Assembly (NCBI GenBank): GCA_964035575.1
Contig: OZ037837.1
Coordinates: 1,860,001-1,924,000 of the forward strand
Source: Rhynchopus sp. YZ270_cl-10
Taxonomy: Eukaryota
Length of the DNA stretch: 64,000 nt
Direction of reading: 5' to 3'
Of this stretch, positions 57,701 through 64,000 are shown piece after piece; position 1 is the stretch's first letter; each line of letters begins with the position of its first letter. The notes under the pieces were generated by a model that saw only the letters and a list, made by a program, of their open reading frames with translations, had not been told where the DNA came from and did no database searches. Position numbers and translations under genes: made by a program.

Positions 57701-60700
57701 TCCTTAACTTGGTCTACGACAACTGGCATCATGTGTTAACGACGGCCACGCCGTTTGGCTTGAACGTGCAACGCAGCATCCACGTCTCCATGGTGGCGTA
57801 TGGTGCATACGACCTGAGTGTCAACGTTTCCATCTACATAGACGGCGTTTTGGAGGCGCTCAGCACGACTCTAAAATCCCCTTCCGTGTACCTCCCGGAG
57901 TACGTTTTCCGCCACATCAACAGCATCGGTGTGGGTGTGGAAGGGTTCCATGACCTGCCAGGTACCGTGCACAACTTCTCGCTGCACGCATGCGAGGCTC
58001 AGCCACCGCCGCAGTACCCAACCTGCCCGCTTCACACCGTGTTGGAGTTCCACGGCGACAACACCTTCAATCAGTCGCAGACGACGTACTTCGGTGGGGA
58101 GGTCCTCGTGGAAATGAACCTGACCGTCACGCAGTACACATATGGGGCAACTGTGTTTATATTTTCAAACGGGCCCTTTCAAGACCGTCTTCAGCTGTCC
58201 CTAAATGAAACTGGCTACCTGGAGCTCCGAGTATATGGTCCGTCCACTAAGAACCCTAATACGGAGGGGGTAGTCGTCGCCACAAAGCCGCTCGGGCTGC
58301 ACGCGGTGCGCAATGTGATGATATCAACTACGGGCTCGGTTTGTTACATTTACGTAGACCACACCGTTGTGGGGGTGGGCACCTGTGAAATGCCACCATT
58401 CATGGTGCGCTGGTTGAACCGCGTTGGCACGTACCCAGAGTGCATCAGCTGCGCACTGCAGGGCACTGTGCATGACTTTAGATTGAGTGCATGCGATGCG
58501 TTGCCAGCACCTACGCCAGTCACAACACCGAGCTGTGAACTAACTACGGTGGTGTCGTGCCCGAGCGAGAACGACTTCAACAAGACGGAGGCATTCTACT
58601 TCGGTGGTGGTGTTGTGGTTGAGGCCTATCTTTCCATCGCTGTGTACAAGAAGTACACGAAGCCTACTATATTCGTGTTCGGAAACGGGGATGGGTTTTC
58701 CACCGATAGTCTGAAGCTCATCTTGGATAGCGACGGCGTGGTGCACCCAGTGATCGCAGAGCAATATGGCGCTGATTTCAGTTTGTTAAGACCCTTCGGG
58801 CTGAACGTGGCGAGGGCTGTAAAGCTTTCCATTGTCCCGACGACGAACGACACTGCCAGGTTTTTCTTTTATGTGGACGGAATCTTACACTCACAAGGAC
58901 CCTGCCTCGTCCCGCCTTTCTCTCTCCGAAGGCTGAACCGCATTGGGGACCGCAGTGGCACTGTGAGCAACTTCGTCATGCAAGCATGCCATGTAGCACC
59001 TTCGCCTGACACAAAACCGAGCTGTGCACAAAAGAATGTGGTGTCCTTCCAGGACGAGAACGACTTCAACAAGACGGAGGCACGCTACTTCGGGGGTGGT
59101 GTTGAGGTTGAGGCCTTGCTTTCCATCGCTTCGTACAAGAGTGAAGCTGTTGTGTTCGTGTTCGGAAACGGCGATGTGGTTCCCGCCGATACACTGGAGC
59201 TCATCATTCGTACCGATGGCGTGCTGTACCCAGTGATTGCGGGCATTTCTCAATACGGCGCTGAGGTCAGTTCGTATCAACCCTTTGGGCAACACGTGGC
59301 GAAGACTGTGAAGCTTTCCATTGTCCCGATAACGGACGACACTGCCAAGTTTTTCTTAGTAGTGGACGGAGTCTTACAAGCAACAGGGCCCTGCCCCGTG
59401 CCTCCTCTCTCTCTCCGAAGGCTGAACCGCATTGGGGAGTCTGTGACGCCAGGCATCTCCAACCTTGATGGCTCTGTAAGCAACTTCCTCATGCAAGCCT
59501 GCGAGACGCCGCTGGTACCCATCAGCTACCTACCGGCCCCGTCTTGCAGCCTCCACACCGTTGTGGAGTTCAATGAAGAGAGCGAGTTCAACAAATCGCA
59601 GGCGACCTACTTCGGGGGCGGTGTTGTAATCGAAGCAAAGGTGACCATTTCAGCTGAATACCAACCAAATGCTGCCGTTTTTATTTTCGGCAACTGGATG
59701 AGTAATAATTACGGCGATCTCCTTCTCGTTCAGTCGGCTACAAACCCGGGGACGCTCACTTTTGGCAAAATGCGTTCGGAAGTGTTTGGGTTGGACACTG
59801 AGAGGGACGTCTACATATCCATGGTGGCGGGGGTGTGCTATCTTGCTGTCGACGGCGCCTTGCAAGCGGAAATAAGCTGCATTCTCCCAGAGCTGTCGGT
59901 ACGCTGGCAGTCCTATGTTAGTGGGGTGCGAAGCTTGAAGTTGCGTGCCTGCGAAGTGCTGCCAGCACCGACGCAGCTACCCGGTCCAGACTGCGCGCTG
60001 CAGACAGTGATGGAGTTCACAGACGAGAGTGAGCTGAACCAGTACAAAACATTTCCGACGTACTTCGGGGGTGGTTTTGTCTTGGAGGTGACGGCAACAC
60101 TCAAGTCATATCCCGAAGACTACTACCCCAAGAGGTGTGTGTTTGACCTCGCGAGCCCGATTTCCTCCGATTCTGGTGAGGATCAGCTGGAGTGGATACA
60201 GATGTGTGTCGGGCTGGATGGTTTCCCGTTCATCTCTGCCGGGAGTTCGTATGGGGGCAAATCATCACAGGCAGAACCCACTCAGGCATTTGTGAAAGAC
60301 GTACCGCACCTTGTGCACGTCTCCTCCTTCGGTGGGTGGTGCTACCTGTACATCGACACAGTGTTTCACGGATCAGTGCGTTGCGGTGGAGAGACGAGTC
60401 TGCGGTGGAACAACCGCATTGGGAGTACCGTAGGGAACCACTCTGCATGGAACGGTACCATAAGTGACTTCAAGCTGAGTGCATGCAACGTGCATCCCGT
60501 GCCCCACAGACCCGAGCCAGACTGCGCACTCCAGACCGTAGTTGAGTTTGCGGACCAGAGCGAGCTCAATACCTCGCAGCCCACTTTCTTCGGGGGCGAC
60601 GGGCTCACCGTGGAGTTGAAGGTGACCGTGCCCGACCTAGCCAGTCTTAATTATGTGTTTTCATTTCAAAACTGCGGAAAGGGAATGTACAGCTGCGGCA

Positions 60701-63700
60701 TAGCCCTCACGTACGACTACAGCCACTTAAACTTCATGGGCGCTGGGCTGGGCAACAGGTACTTCGACTACTCCTATAACTATTTACCCTTTCAGCAAAA
60801 CGTGGAGCACCATGTGTACGCGTCTATTGTTGGTGGTAAAAGCTATATATTTGTTGATGGCATACTCCAGAACCAACATGGGACAACTAATTACGTTTCC
60901 ACAGCCCTTATTCGGGCTGAAACGATGATGTTACCAAACGGCGGCACTGTGCGAGACTTCAAACTGAAGGCCTGCGACGTCAGGACCCCACCGCCTATGG
61001 CCTACCCTGCCCCGACCTGCGATCTGAAGACCGTGATTGAGTTTGCAGACATCAGTGAGTACAACCATTCTGCCACTTACTTCGGTGGCGGCGTCGTTCT
61101 CGAAGCAACAGTGAACACCACTATGTACAACACAACGCTTTCCGCCATCTTTCAGTTCACGAATCTGGACGAAAAAGAACCGGATGCTTTCCTACTGCTT
61201 TTCGACAGCAGTTACGACAGCGGTTTGCCGTGGCACTTCCAATCCGGGAGCCAAAGGGCCAATTCGGGTAGTTACTATACCAGCACAGTCTTAAGTCAGG
61301 ACGTCTTCACCCCCTACTTGGAGCATAAGGTGCGCATCTCGGTTGTGCCTGACACCCCTGGCAGCTGGAGGGGGATGGTATACTTATTCATCGACGGAGT
61401 GCTCATAATTCAACGTTTGGCCTACACGCCTGCTCTGATGGTTCGAGTCATTTCCAGGATCGGTGAGGCCTTAGATGCAGGCCCAGACCTTCGAGGCACT
61501 GTGAAGGACTTCAAGCTGAGTGCATGCGACGTGTTGCCAGCACCAACGTATGTTTCGCCTACCTGCGCGCTGAAGCCTGTGCTGTCCTTCGCAAACCAGG
61601 ATGAATACGACCAATCGACGTTGACGAGCTTTGGTGGCGCAGTTGTGCTGGACACCAAGGTCAAGATCACAGAGTTCTCCGACAACGCAACGCTGTTTTA
61701 TTTCGGTGCACTGGACAACACTAACATTCTCTCGCTGACGTTAACCGGAACCTCTGGGGTTGCGATTTTTATGGGGAGAAAGACGAGACCTTTGAAACTA
61801 AACACAGAGATGCATCTTCACTTAGCCATTGTTCCGGACCCGGATGTGTCCTCCTCTGCCTCATGTGTACTGTACGTAGATGGCGTGGCGGAGGTTCAGA
61901 TGACATGCGGGCTCCCACAAACGCTGCAGAGAAATTTCAACCACATAGGCACGTCAGCACCCCCTAACCCCGACCTAAAGGGAGTGTTCACGGACTTCAC
62001 GCTGCAAGCGTGTAACGTGCGTACACCGTCACAGTTCCCGACCCCGGCCTGCACACTGCGGACTGTGGTGGAGTTCACAACCCTGAGTCAGTACAACCAG
62101 TCGCGGGCGACGTACTTCGGGGGTGGGGTTGTGATTGAGGCGAAGGTGATGTTCACAGAGTACACAGACGGGGCGGAGGTGTTCAGCTTCAGCAACATCG
62201 GGAATTCAGATGTGTCGCTGGTGATGGGGGCGACAGGGATCCTAACGTTGCATTTTACGTTCATGGTCGACACGTACTCCTATTCGCTGACGTTCTCAAA
62301 ACCATTCGGGCTGTATGTGGAGCGCAGTGTGTACATCTCCTTTGTCCCTCTTTCTAAGAGGGTTTACGTTCTCATCGATGGCGTGTTTGAAGAAGAGGAA
62401 AGCTGTTACAAGGTGTCTGGACTTGAGTTCACCACACGTTGGGTCAACCACGTTGGACTAGCTCGTACAGGGATACCTCAAATGAAAGGAACTGTTCGGG
62501 ACTTCCGTCTGCGCGCCTGCCAATCAGCGCCGCCACCAACACAACGGTTCCCTGAGCCTCCCTGCGCTCTGCAGACAGTGGTGGAATTCCAGGACGAGAG
62601 TGATTTCAACGAGTCGCAGGCGACGTACTTCGGCGGTGAGTATGCGGTCGAGATGAAGGTGATGCTCAAAAGTTACACAGACTATGCAACAGTGTTTGCC
62701 TTCAGCAACAATTATAAACCCATGACACAAGCAGACGGCACCAGCATCGACATGTTTGGGATAGCACAGTTCAAAGAGGGTAAGTTGTATTTGTACATCG
62801 GCCATTCTAGTCTCGGCTTTCCTATGCCTATTGAGTTGAATGTGGAATACACTCTCTACATTGCGGCAGTTAAAGAGACGATCCAGAAGTGGAACTTTTT
62901 CACCCGCACCTACTTATATCTCAACGGCGTTTTAGTTTACGGCGCCGCAGGGTCGGGGGGGGCACCCCCTCCTTTGATGGTGCGATGGAGCAGCAAGGTG
63001 GGGGAACGGTGGGGGTCGGTGCGGCAAATGAACGGGACTCTGAGGGACTTCAAGCTGCGTGCGTGCAATGTGCTGCCAGCACCAACACAGTTGCCCGAGC
63101 CAAACTGCACCCTGCAGACCGCGTTAGCATTCCAAGACCCTGCTGAGTACAACCCCATACACCCCACCTACTTCGGGGGTGGGCTTGTCGTAGACCTAAA
63201 ACTGACGCTCCGAGACTACAAAGAGTTTACGTATATTTTCCTCCTCAGCCCAGACCCTGATCCCACGACAAATGACTTATACTTTCTCAATAAAGTTCTT
63301 CGACTCCATCTGGATGAAACGCTCTATTTGGGTCAGGAGGGTCGCGAAGGTGGAATGGACCTGAACGCTGAGATCAACTCGTGGCCACAGATGGAGCTCA
63401 ACGTCGAGTACAAGCTGCACATAGCCATGATTCCGGGTGACCGTGAAGGATATGGTCAATGTCTTATTTTCATTGATGGTGTGCTCGCCACGTCGGTGTA
63501 CAAAATATGCCCCATCCTGACGTTGAAGAAACGGGTGAAGAACGTTTTCGGGACGACGCCGTTCGAGTCGGCGATGCACCCTGACAGATACGGCCTGAAT
63601 GGGACTATGAGGGATTTCAACCTGCGTGCATGTTCCGCTGTGCAGACGCCAACGAGCTTCCCTGAACCAAACTGTACCCTCCACACAGTCGTGGAGTTGA

Positions 63701-64000
63701 ATGCAGAGTTAAATGAGGACCTAAAAGCTCTGTACTTTGGGGGCGGGATTGTGGTGGAGGCGAATGTGACCATCACAGAGTACACAGACGGGGCGCCGCT
63801 CTTTAGGTTCAGCAACACACCTGATGCAGATGCTGTGTCGCTGACGCAGAGTGGAACCTCGGGGATGGTGGTCCTCACAGTGAGTGGCAGTGGCACCCTC
63901 TCCGTTGGCCAGTTGCTGACGGAGCCCATCGGAGTGAATGTGGAGCACAGTCTGTACTTCTCAATATTGCCCACCGTTAACAGCAGCACCGGCACATGCT
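48787..64000 (+). CDS. Giant secreted/surface protein (>5070 aa, 3' end beyond window) of ~30 tandem ~170-aa LamG/concanavalin-A-like domains
   Basis: ATG 48787 gives signal-peptide-like MAVSVHIMLFLAAFCAVVLCTSAAA. The frame is still open at the window end (..SILPTVNSSTGTC), and none of the ORF-track + ORFs here is in this frame, consistent with no stop. An (Y)FGG motif recurs 30 times from 48952 to 63733 (~510-bp spacing). Unit consensus C.L.TVVEF..ESEFNQSQATYFGGG.VIEAKV...F.F.N...FGLNVER.V.I......C.LYIDG.L....C......R..N.IG......G.V.DFKL.AC.VLPAPT. Confidence 0.92.
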   Translation, partial: MAVSVHIMLFLAAFCAVVLCTSAAASPLAPIDPSCTLKTVVEFHEESDFNTSQPTYFGGGVVLQAKVNVAEFRWNQTVVMFGNVLAADMVCLRHAQNGGISFTSSASDGSAATITSGPVGLNENLSVHVSILESGICYLYINSILEAVGNCPVPALVVRWENRVRESAPDYVAMSGTVSDLKLSACVVLPPPTAYPAPDCALQAVVGFEDEKDFNQSQPLYFGGGVVMEADIEIIVEASEDQPIIPIFTFGDWIGQGLRYDVSLKQTLTSLQFSHGSDTVRAPKPLSPSTSHRVYITMMPLTPDTTTAMCFIFVDGVLEAQGISPVPGMLVRWQNRIGQSFSRNDPNMDGSVRNFKLSACNVLPAPTEQEAPTCTLSTAVAFQNENEFNESQPTYFGGGVVIEAKVTLTEYVDGSNIFSFGMCGEAVECPVSLSQHLEGLSFTTQTGGPIVTPLPFGLNVERHVYIAVVPSGQSATCYIYIDGVKQTQGTCDAPYLMVRYLNRIGKSRSTALDMKGEVRDFQLRACNVLPAPTNYPSPNCALQTVAEFTDESEFNQSQATYFGGGIVVEATVAVLEETDGAPVFGFSNGIGVEAVMLRSSGRGRLAFTSTPQTITAAREVGVGVEHRVYVSIVPIQGSVESWCYLYVDGLPEMQGRCQVPPLAIRWENKIAKGNNLPNWNGTVGNFKMSACDVLPAPTQFPTPNCTLHDVVELLGESEFDPFQATYFGGGVVIEAKVTLTEYALYSMVFGFNNALSTAAMVLSQSGSGLLSLMSTSQAQPLRSFRPFGLNVERTVHIVSVPSIDSSTATCFIYIDGLMEAQGECPVTPVLERRDNHIGQMSEQVKDFKVRACHVLTPSHFPEPTCTLSTAVAFQNESEFNQSQTTDFGGGMVIEAKVLFTEYAEGTQPVFSFSNGHWDAVSLRQEGEGGGLVFISGPGYSFYVPGPFGLNVERSVFISMVPNLPDSTQGTCFIYLDGVLQGQGVCPVPQVMARYTSRVGIDDFGTLHGNVSEFKLSACNVLPAPSQYPPLNCAAQTVVEFQSENEFNESQATYFGGGIAIEAKVTLTSYSDSAPIFLSCTGAEKMCIQLKQSDTSPGHLTLETFSSTDLSKTVTSLIPLGRNVERSVHIAVQPLAPYSTDATCFIFIDGVYNVKGECYVPPLVLRRHNLIAKSLTPRVHAGVNVRKFSLRACTVLEAPTQYPAPACSLSTVLEFKEESEYNQSQFTYFGGEVVIEANVTLTSYTSDADILLVGNIDGSMVMSLTVTSGSKLAFTTPDKNGWASSVVSSTSFGVGVERYVYVSAQVSDDGTSSFCYLYIDGVLHAVKECTLPASGIRWRNFIGRDIEGRANLPGTVRDFKLNGCHVKTPPTAYPAPDCELKTVVEFVDLSQYNQSQATYFGGGIEVELKLRLTEYVDSADVFFFGNVVGGYRTKESSVLTVQSGLLTFFPPGDNSGGMKALHRLELNVEYNIRMAVALYAGCVLFIDGELQALLDSWVYVSNPVLNWQNYIGRGINGTVRDFKLAACKQSVLPAPSLLPAPNCTLHTAVQFTEKSDYNRTQMTQFGGGLVIRAKVMVRQYLSSSIMQFSTYYGYNEMGLKLGYDGRISLITSQTYYSGAESDPSIITTTDPIGLNVERSIYVTIATDGDGAHYGGGRCYIYVDDVLQAQGGCLAPLLVVRQEEIVAPLRGTVRDYKLSSCVVLRAPTQFPGNCSLKTVVEFKEQSDFNTSQATYFGGGVSIDLKLKVFGTENYRSSVFQFGNYGEDDSIALVLIPSRNPPKANMITPGDHGHGTDADVFIGTDVERSIHLSIIPTYYDAEGNTNATCYFFVDGILQYRYKCNFPALDVRWLSLIGRAPDDKKQNLNGTVRDFTLRACDVLPAPTQFPSPNCTLQTVVEVSDESAFNRSQATYFGGGITIEAKVLFTSYTEREMSVFRFCDSSTRECVSLVQYGEGLLRFTSGQSTMTTKSAFGLNKQRTVHIVIIPSTTYRGTAYLFIDGVIATDIDDSFVYPPLKLRRQSSVGASYISHVSDFKLSACTVLPAPTQYPTPNCTLQTVVEFQNDTEYNQSQALYFGGGLVIEAKVTVRGYFQIFTFGNGVHDSLNLSLTSRGKLSLTYKYYTATSSLTIVQYREYRVHIVIEREGHCYFYIDDVLQVEESFPKQVAFVGWLNHVGEPATHPNQVRDFKLLACEVYPPPTSYPVSNCTLQTFLEFQNPNEFNQSQATHFGGGLEVELKVTITEYTDTAQQVFSFANGDEGEQDSVSLEVGPSGKLSFAVVNSDYPSGVVVTKTASLNTSVPFGLNVERSVYISIVPTPESMYKKAFAFLHIDGVVAAQFADFVIPQTLVRWQNHIGLQTGSSAFHGTVRDFKVRACEATPAPTAPVPDCWMQTVVAFQNATSFDPSGFHFGGGFVVEAKVTIPQYTSSTDVFNFGNYGSTGVRLTSNAAGRLSLSVAHENGVEYCTTSQPFGLDVERTVYIAVAPGTREDNGMCFIYIDNVLQVQQLNFPTPLVQIYRVNRIGDRPVFPNIPVTVRDFRLRACTVLGPPGLPAPTCQRSVVVAFKDESEYNQSQATYFGGGSPAGSSIAVEGGVVIEAKLMITEYTVGAQVFTFGNGKYDMLKLEVAGPSGQLSFRLATPYPYNTYHMQTTSQFGLNVERRVYISIVRNDDDTRWQCFLFIDGVLEVQEEYCQCPAANTRWQNYIGESIPGGKPNLLGTIKDFALSACEVLPASRQLASPRCYGESDVLQFANTSMFDGSRPMVFGGGITIEADITFSEYTTVSSPVISFTTSAASDAVTLSQSGPSGQLIFTTYGEGANPTTIQTPKPFGLNVKRRVHISVLDEPFVYAGSRVYCFIYIDGVLEAQEPVIVPRVATRWQNAVAPEGGPLLLENFKLSACDVVLPATKYPVPSCILKTVVDAKTQSVSPFNYTNFGGQFVAVANVSVTEYVDNAIIFYFGLNNRLTLSMTQVGLLNLVYDNWHHVLTTATPFGLNVQRSIHVSMVAYGAYDLSVNVSIYIDGVLEALSTTLKSPSVYLPEYVFRHINSIGVGVEGFHDLPGTVHNFSLHACEAQPPPQYPTCPLHTVLEFHGDNTFNQSQTTYFGGEVLVEMNLTVTQYTYGATVFIFSNGPFQDRLQLSLNETGYLELRVYGPSTKNPNTEGVVVATKPLGLHAVRNVMISTTGSVCYIYVDHTVVGVGTCEMPPFMVRWLNRVGTYPECISCALQGTVHDFRLSACDALPAPTPVTTPSCELTTVVSCPSENDFNKTEAFYFGGGVVVEAYLSIAVYKKYTKPTIFVFGNGDGFSTDSLKLILDSDGVVHPVIAEQYGADFSLLRPFGLNVARAVKLSIVPTTNDTARFFFYVDGILHSQGPCLVPPFSLRRLNRIGDRSGTVSNFVMQACHVAPSPDTKPSCAQKNVVSFQDENDFNKTEARYFGGGVEVEALLSIASYKSEAVVFVFGNGDVVPADTLELIIRTDGVLYPVIAGISQYGAEVSSYQPFGQHVAKTVKLSIVPITDDTAKFFLVVDGVLQATGPCPVPPLSLRRLNRIGESVTPGISNLDGSVSNFLMQACETPLVPISYLPAPSCSLHTVVEFNEESEFNKSQATYFGGGVVIEAKVTISAEYQPNAAVFIFGNWMSNNYGDLLLVQSATNPGTLTFGKMRSEVFGLDTERDVYISMVAGVCYLAVDGALQAEISCILPELSVRWQSYVSGVRSLKLRACEVLPAPTQLPGPDCALQTVMEFTDESELNQYKTFPTYFGGGFVLEVTATLKSYPEDYYPKRCVFDLASPISSDSGEDQLEWIQMCVGLDGFPFISAGSSYGGKSSQAEPTQAFVKDVPHLVHVSSFGGWCYLYIDTVFHGSVRCGGETSLRWNNRIGSTVGNHSAWNGTISDFKLSACNVHPVPHRPEPDCALQTVVEFADQSELNTSQPTFFGGDGLTVELKVTVPDLASLNYVFSFQNCGKGMYSCGIALTYDYSHLNFMGAGLGNRYFDYSYNYLPFQQNVEHHVYASIVGGKSYIFVDGILQNQHGTTNYVSTALIRAETMMLPNGGTVRDFKLKACDVRTPPPMAYPAPTCDLKTVIEFADISEYNHSATYFGGGVVLEATVNTTMYNTTLSAIFQFTNLDEKEPDAFLLLFDSSYDSGLPWHFQSGSQRANSGSYYTSTVLSQDVFTPYLEHKVRISVVPDTPGSWRGMVYLFIDGVLIIQRLAYTPALMVRVISRIGEALDAGPDLRGTVKDFKLSACDVLPAPTYVSPTCALKPVLSFANQDEYDQSTLTSFGGAVVLDTKVKITEFSDNATLFYFGALDNTNILSLTLTGTSGVAIFMGRKTRPLKLNTEMHLHLAIVPDPDVSSSASCVLYVDGVAEVQMTCGLPQTLQRNFNHIGTSAPPNPDLKGVFTDFTLQACNVRTPSQFPTPACTLRTVVEFTTLSQYNQSRATYFGGGVVIEAKVMFTEYTDGAEVFSFSNIGNSDVSLVMGATGILTLHFTFMVDTYSYSLTFSKPFGLYVERSVYISFVPLSKRVYVLIDGVFEEEESCYKVSGLEFTTRWVNHVGLARTGIPQMKGTVRDFRLRACQSAPPPTQRFPEPPCALQTVVEFQDESDFNESQATYFGGEYAVEMKVMLKSYTDYATVFAFSNNYKPMTQADGTSIDMFGIAQFKEGKLYLYIGHSSLGFPMPIELNVEYTLYIAAVKETIQKWNFFTRTYLYLNGVLVYGAAGSGGAPPPLMVRWSSKVGERWGSVRQMNGTLRDFKLRACNVLPAPTQLPEPNCTLQTALAFQDPAEYNPIHPTYFGGGLVVDLKLTLRDYKEFTYIFLLSPDPDPTTNDLYFLNKVLRLHLDETLYLGQEGREGGMDLNAEINSWPQMELNVEYKLHIAMIPGDREGYGQCLIFIDGVLATSVYKICPILTLKKRVKNVFGTTPFESAMHPDRYGLNGTMRDFNLRACSAVQTPTSFPEPNCTLHTVVELNAELNEDLKALYFGGGIVVEANVTITEYTDGAPLFRFSNTPDADAVSLTQSGTSGMVVLTVSGSGTLSVGQLLTEPIGVNVEHSLYFSILPTVNSSTGTC

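Overview
Eukaryotic genomic DNA. Intronless co-oriented genes and kinetoplastid-type cyclase motifs suggest a euglenozoan such as a diplonemid, but this is inference only. The backbone is a + strand tandem array of four genes with about six transmembrane segments and a class III nucleotide cyclase domain. One (2817-5027) keeps all catalytic residues and three (15062, 18380, 45952) look like pseudo-cyclases; each of those three is trailed by a relic of the first gene's 3' end. The array is followed by a giant signal-peptide ORF (48787 to beyond 64000, over 5070 aa) with about 30 tandem ~170-aa LamG/ConA-like domains. The ORF track omits it because it has no stop in the window. The array is heavily invaded by non-autonomous mobile DNA whose ends can be read from the sequence. 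These include a CAC-ended element with a 2-bp target-site duplication (TSD) and a 22.7-kb nest (22195-44935) up to six levels deep (hAT-like, TA-flanked, piggyBac-like and others). One layer of the nest carries an intact ubiquitin-specific protease (USP/C19) gene. Three elements unrelated in sequence share a split-direct-repeat A-[cargo]-B-A-x-B architecture (VIPER/Ngaro/PAT-like) and sit in T-runs. They carry a decayed eEF2 fragment, a PHD/Gag-like remnant and possible surface-protein fragments. Several micro- and minisatellites lie inside these elements. No intact transposase, reverse transcriptase or recombinase, and no tRNA, rRNA or CRISPR array, was recognised.
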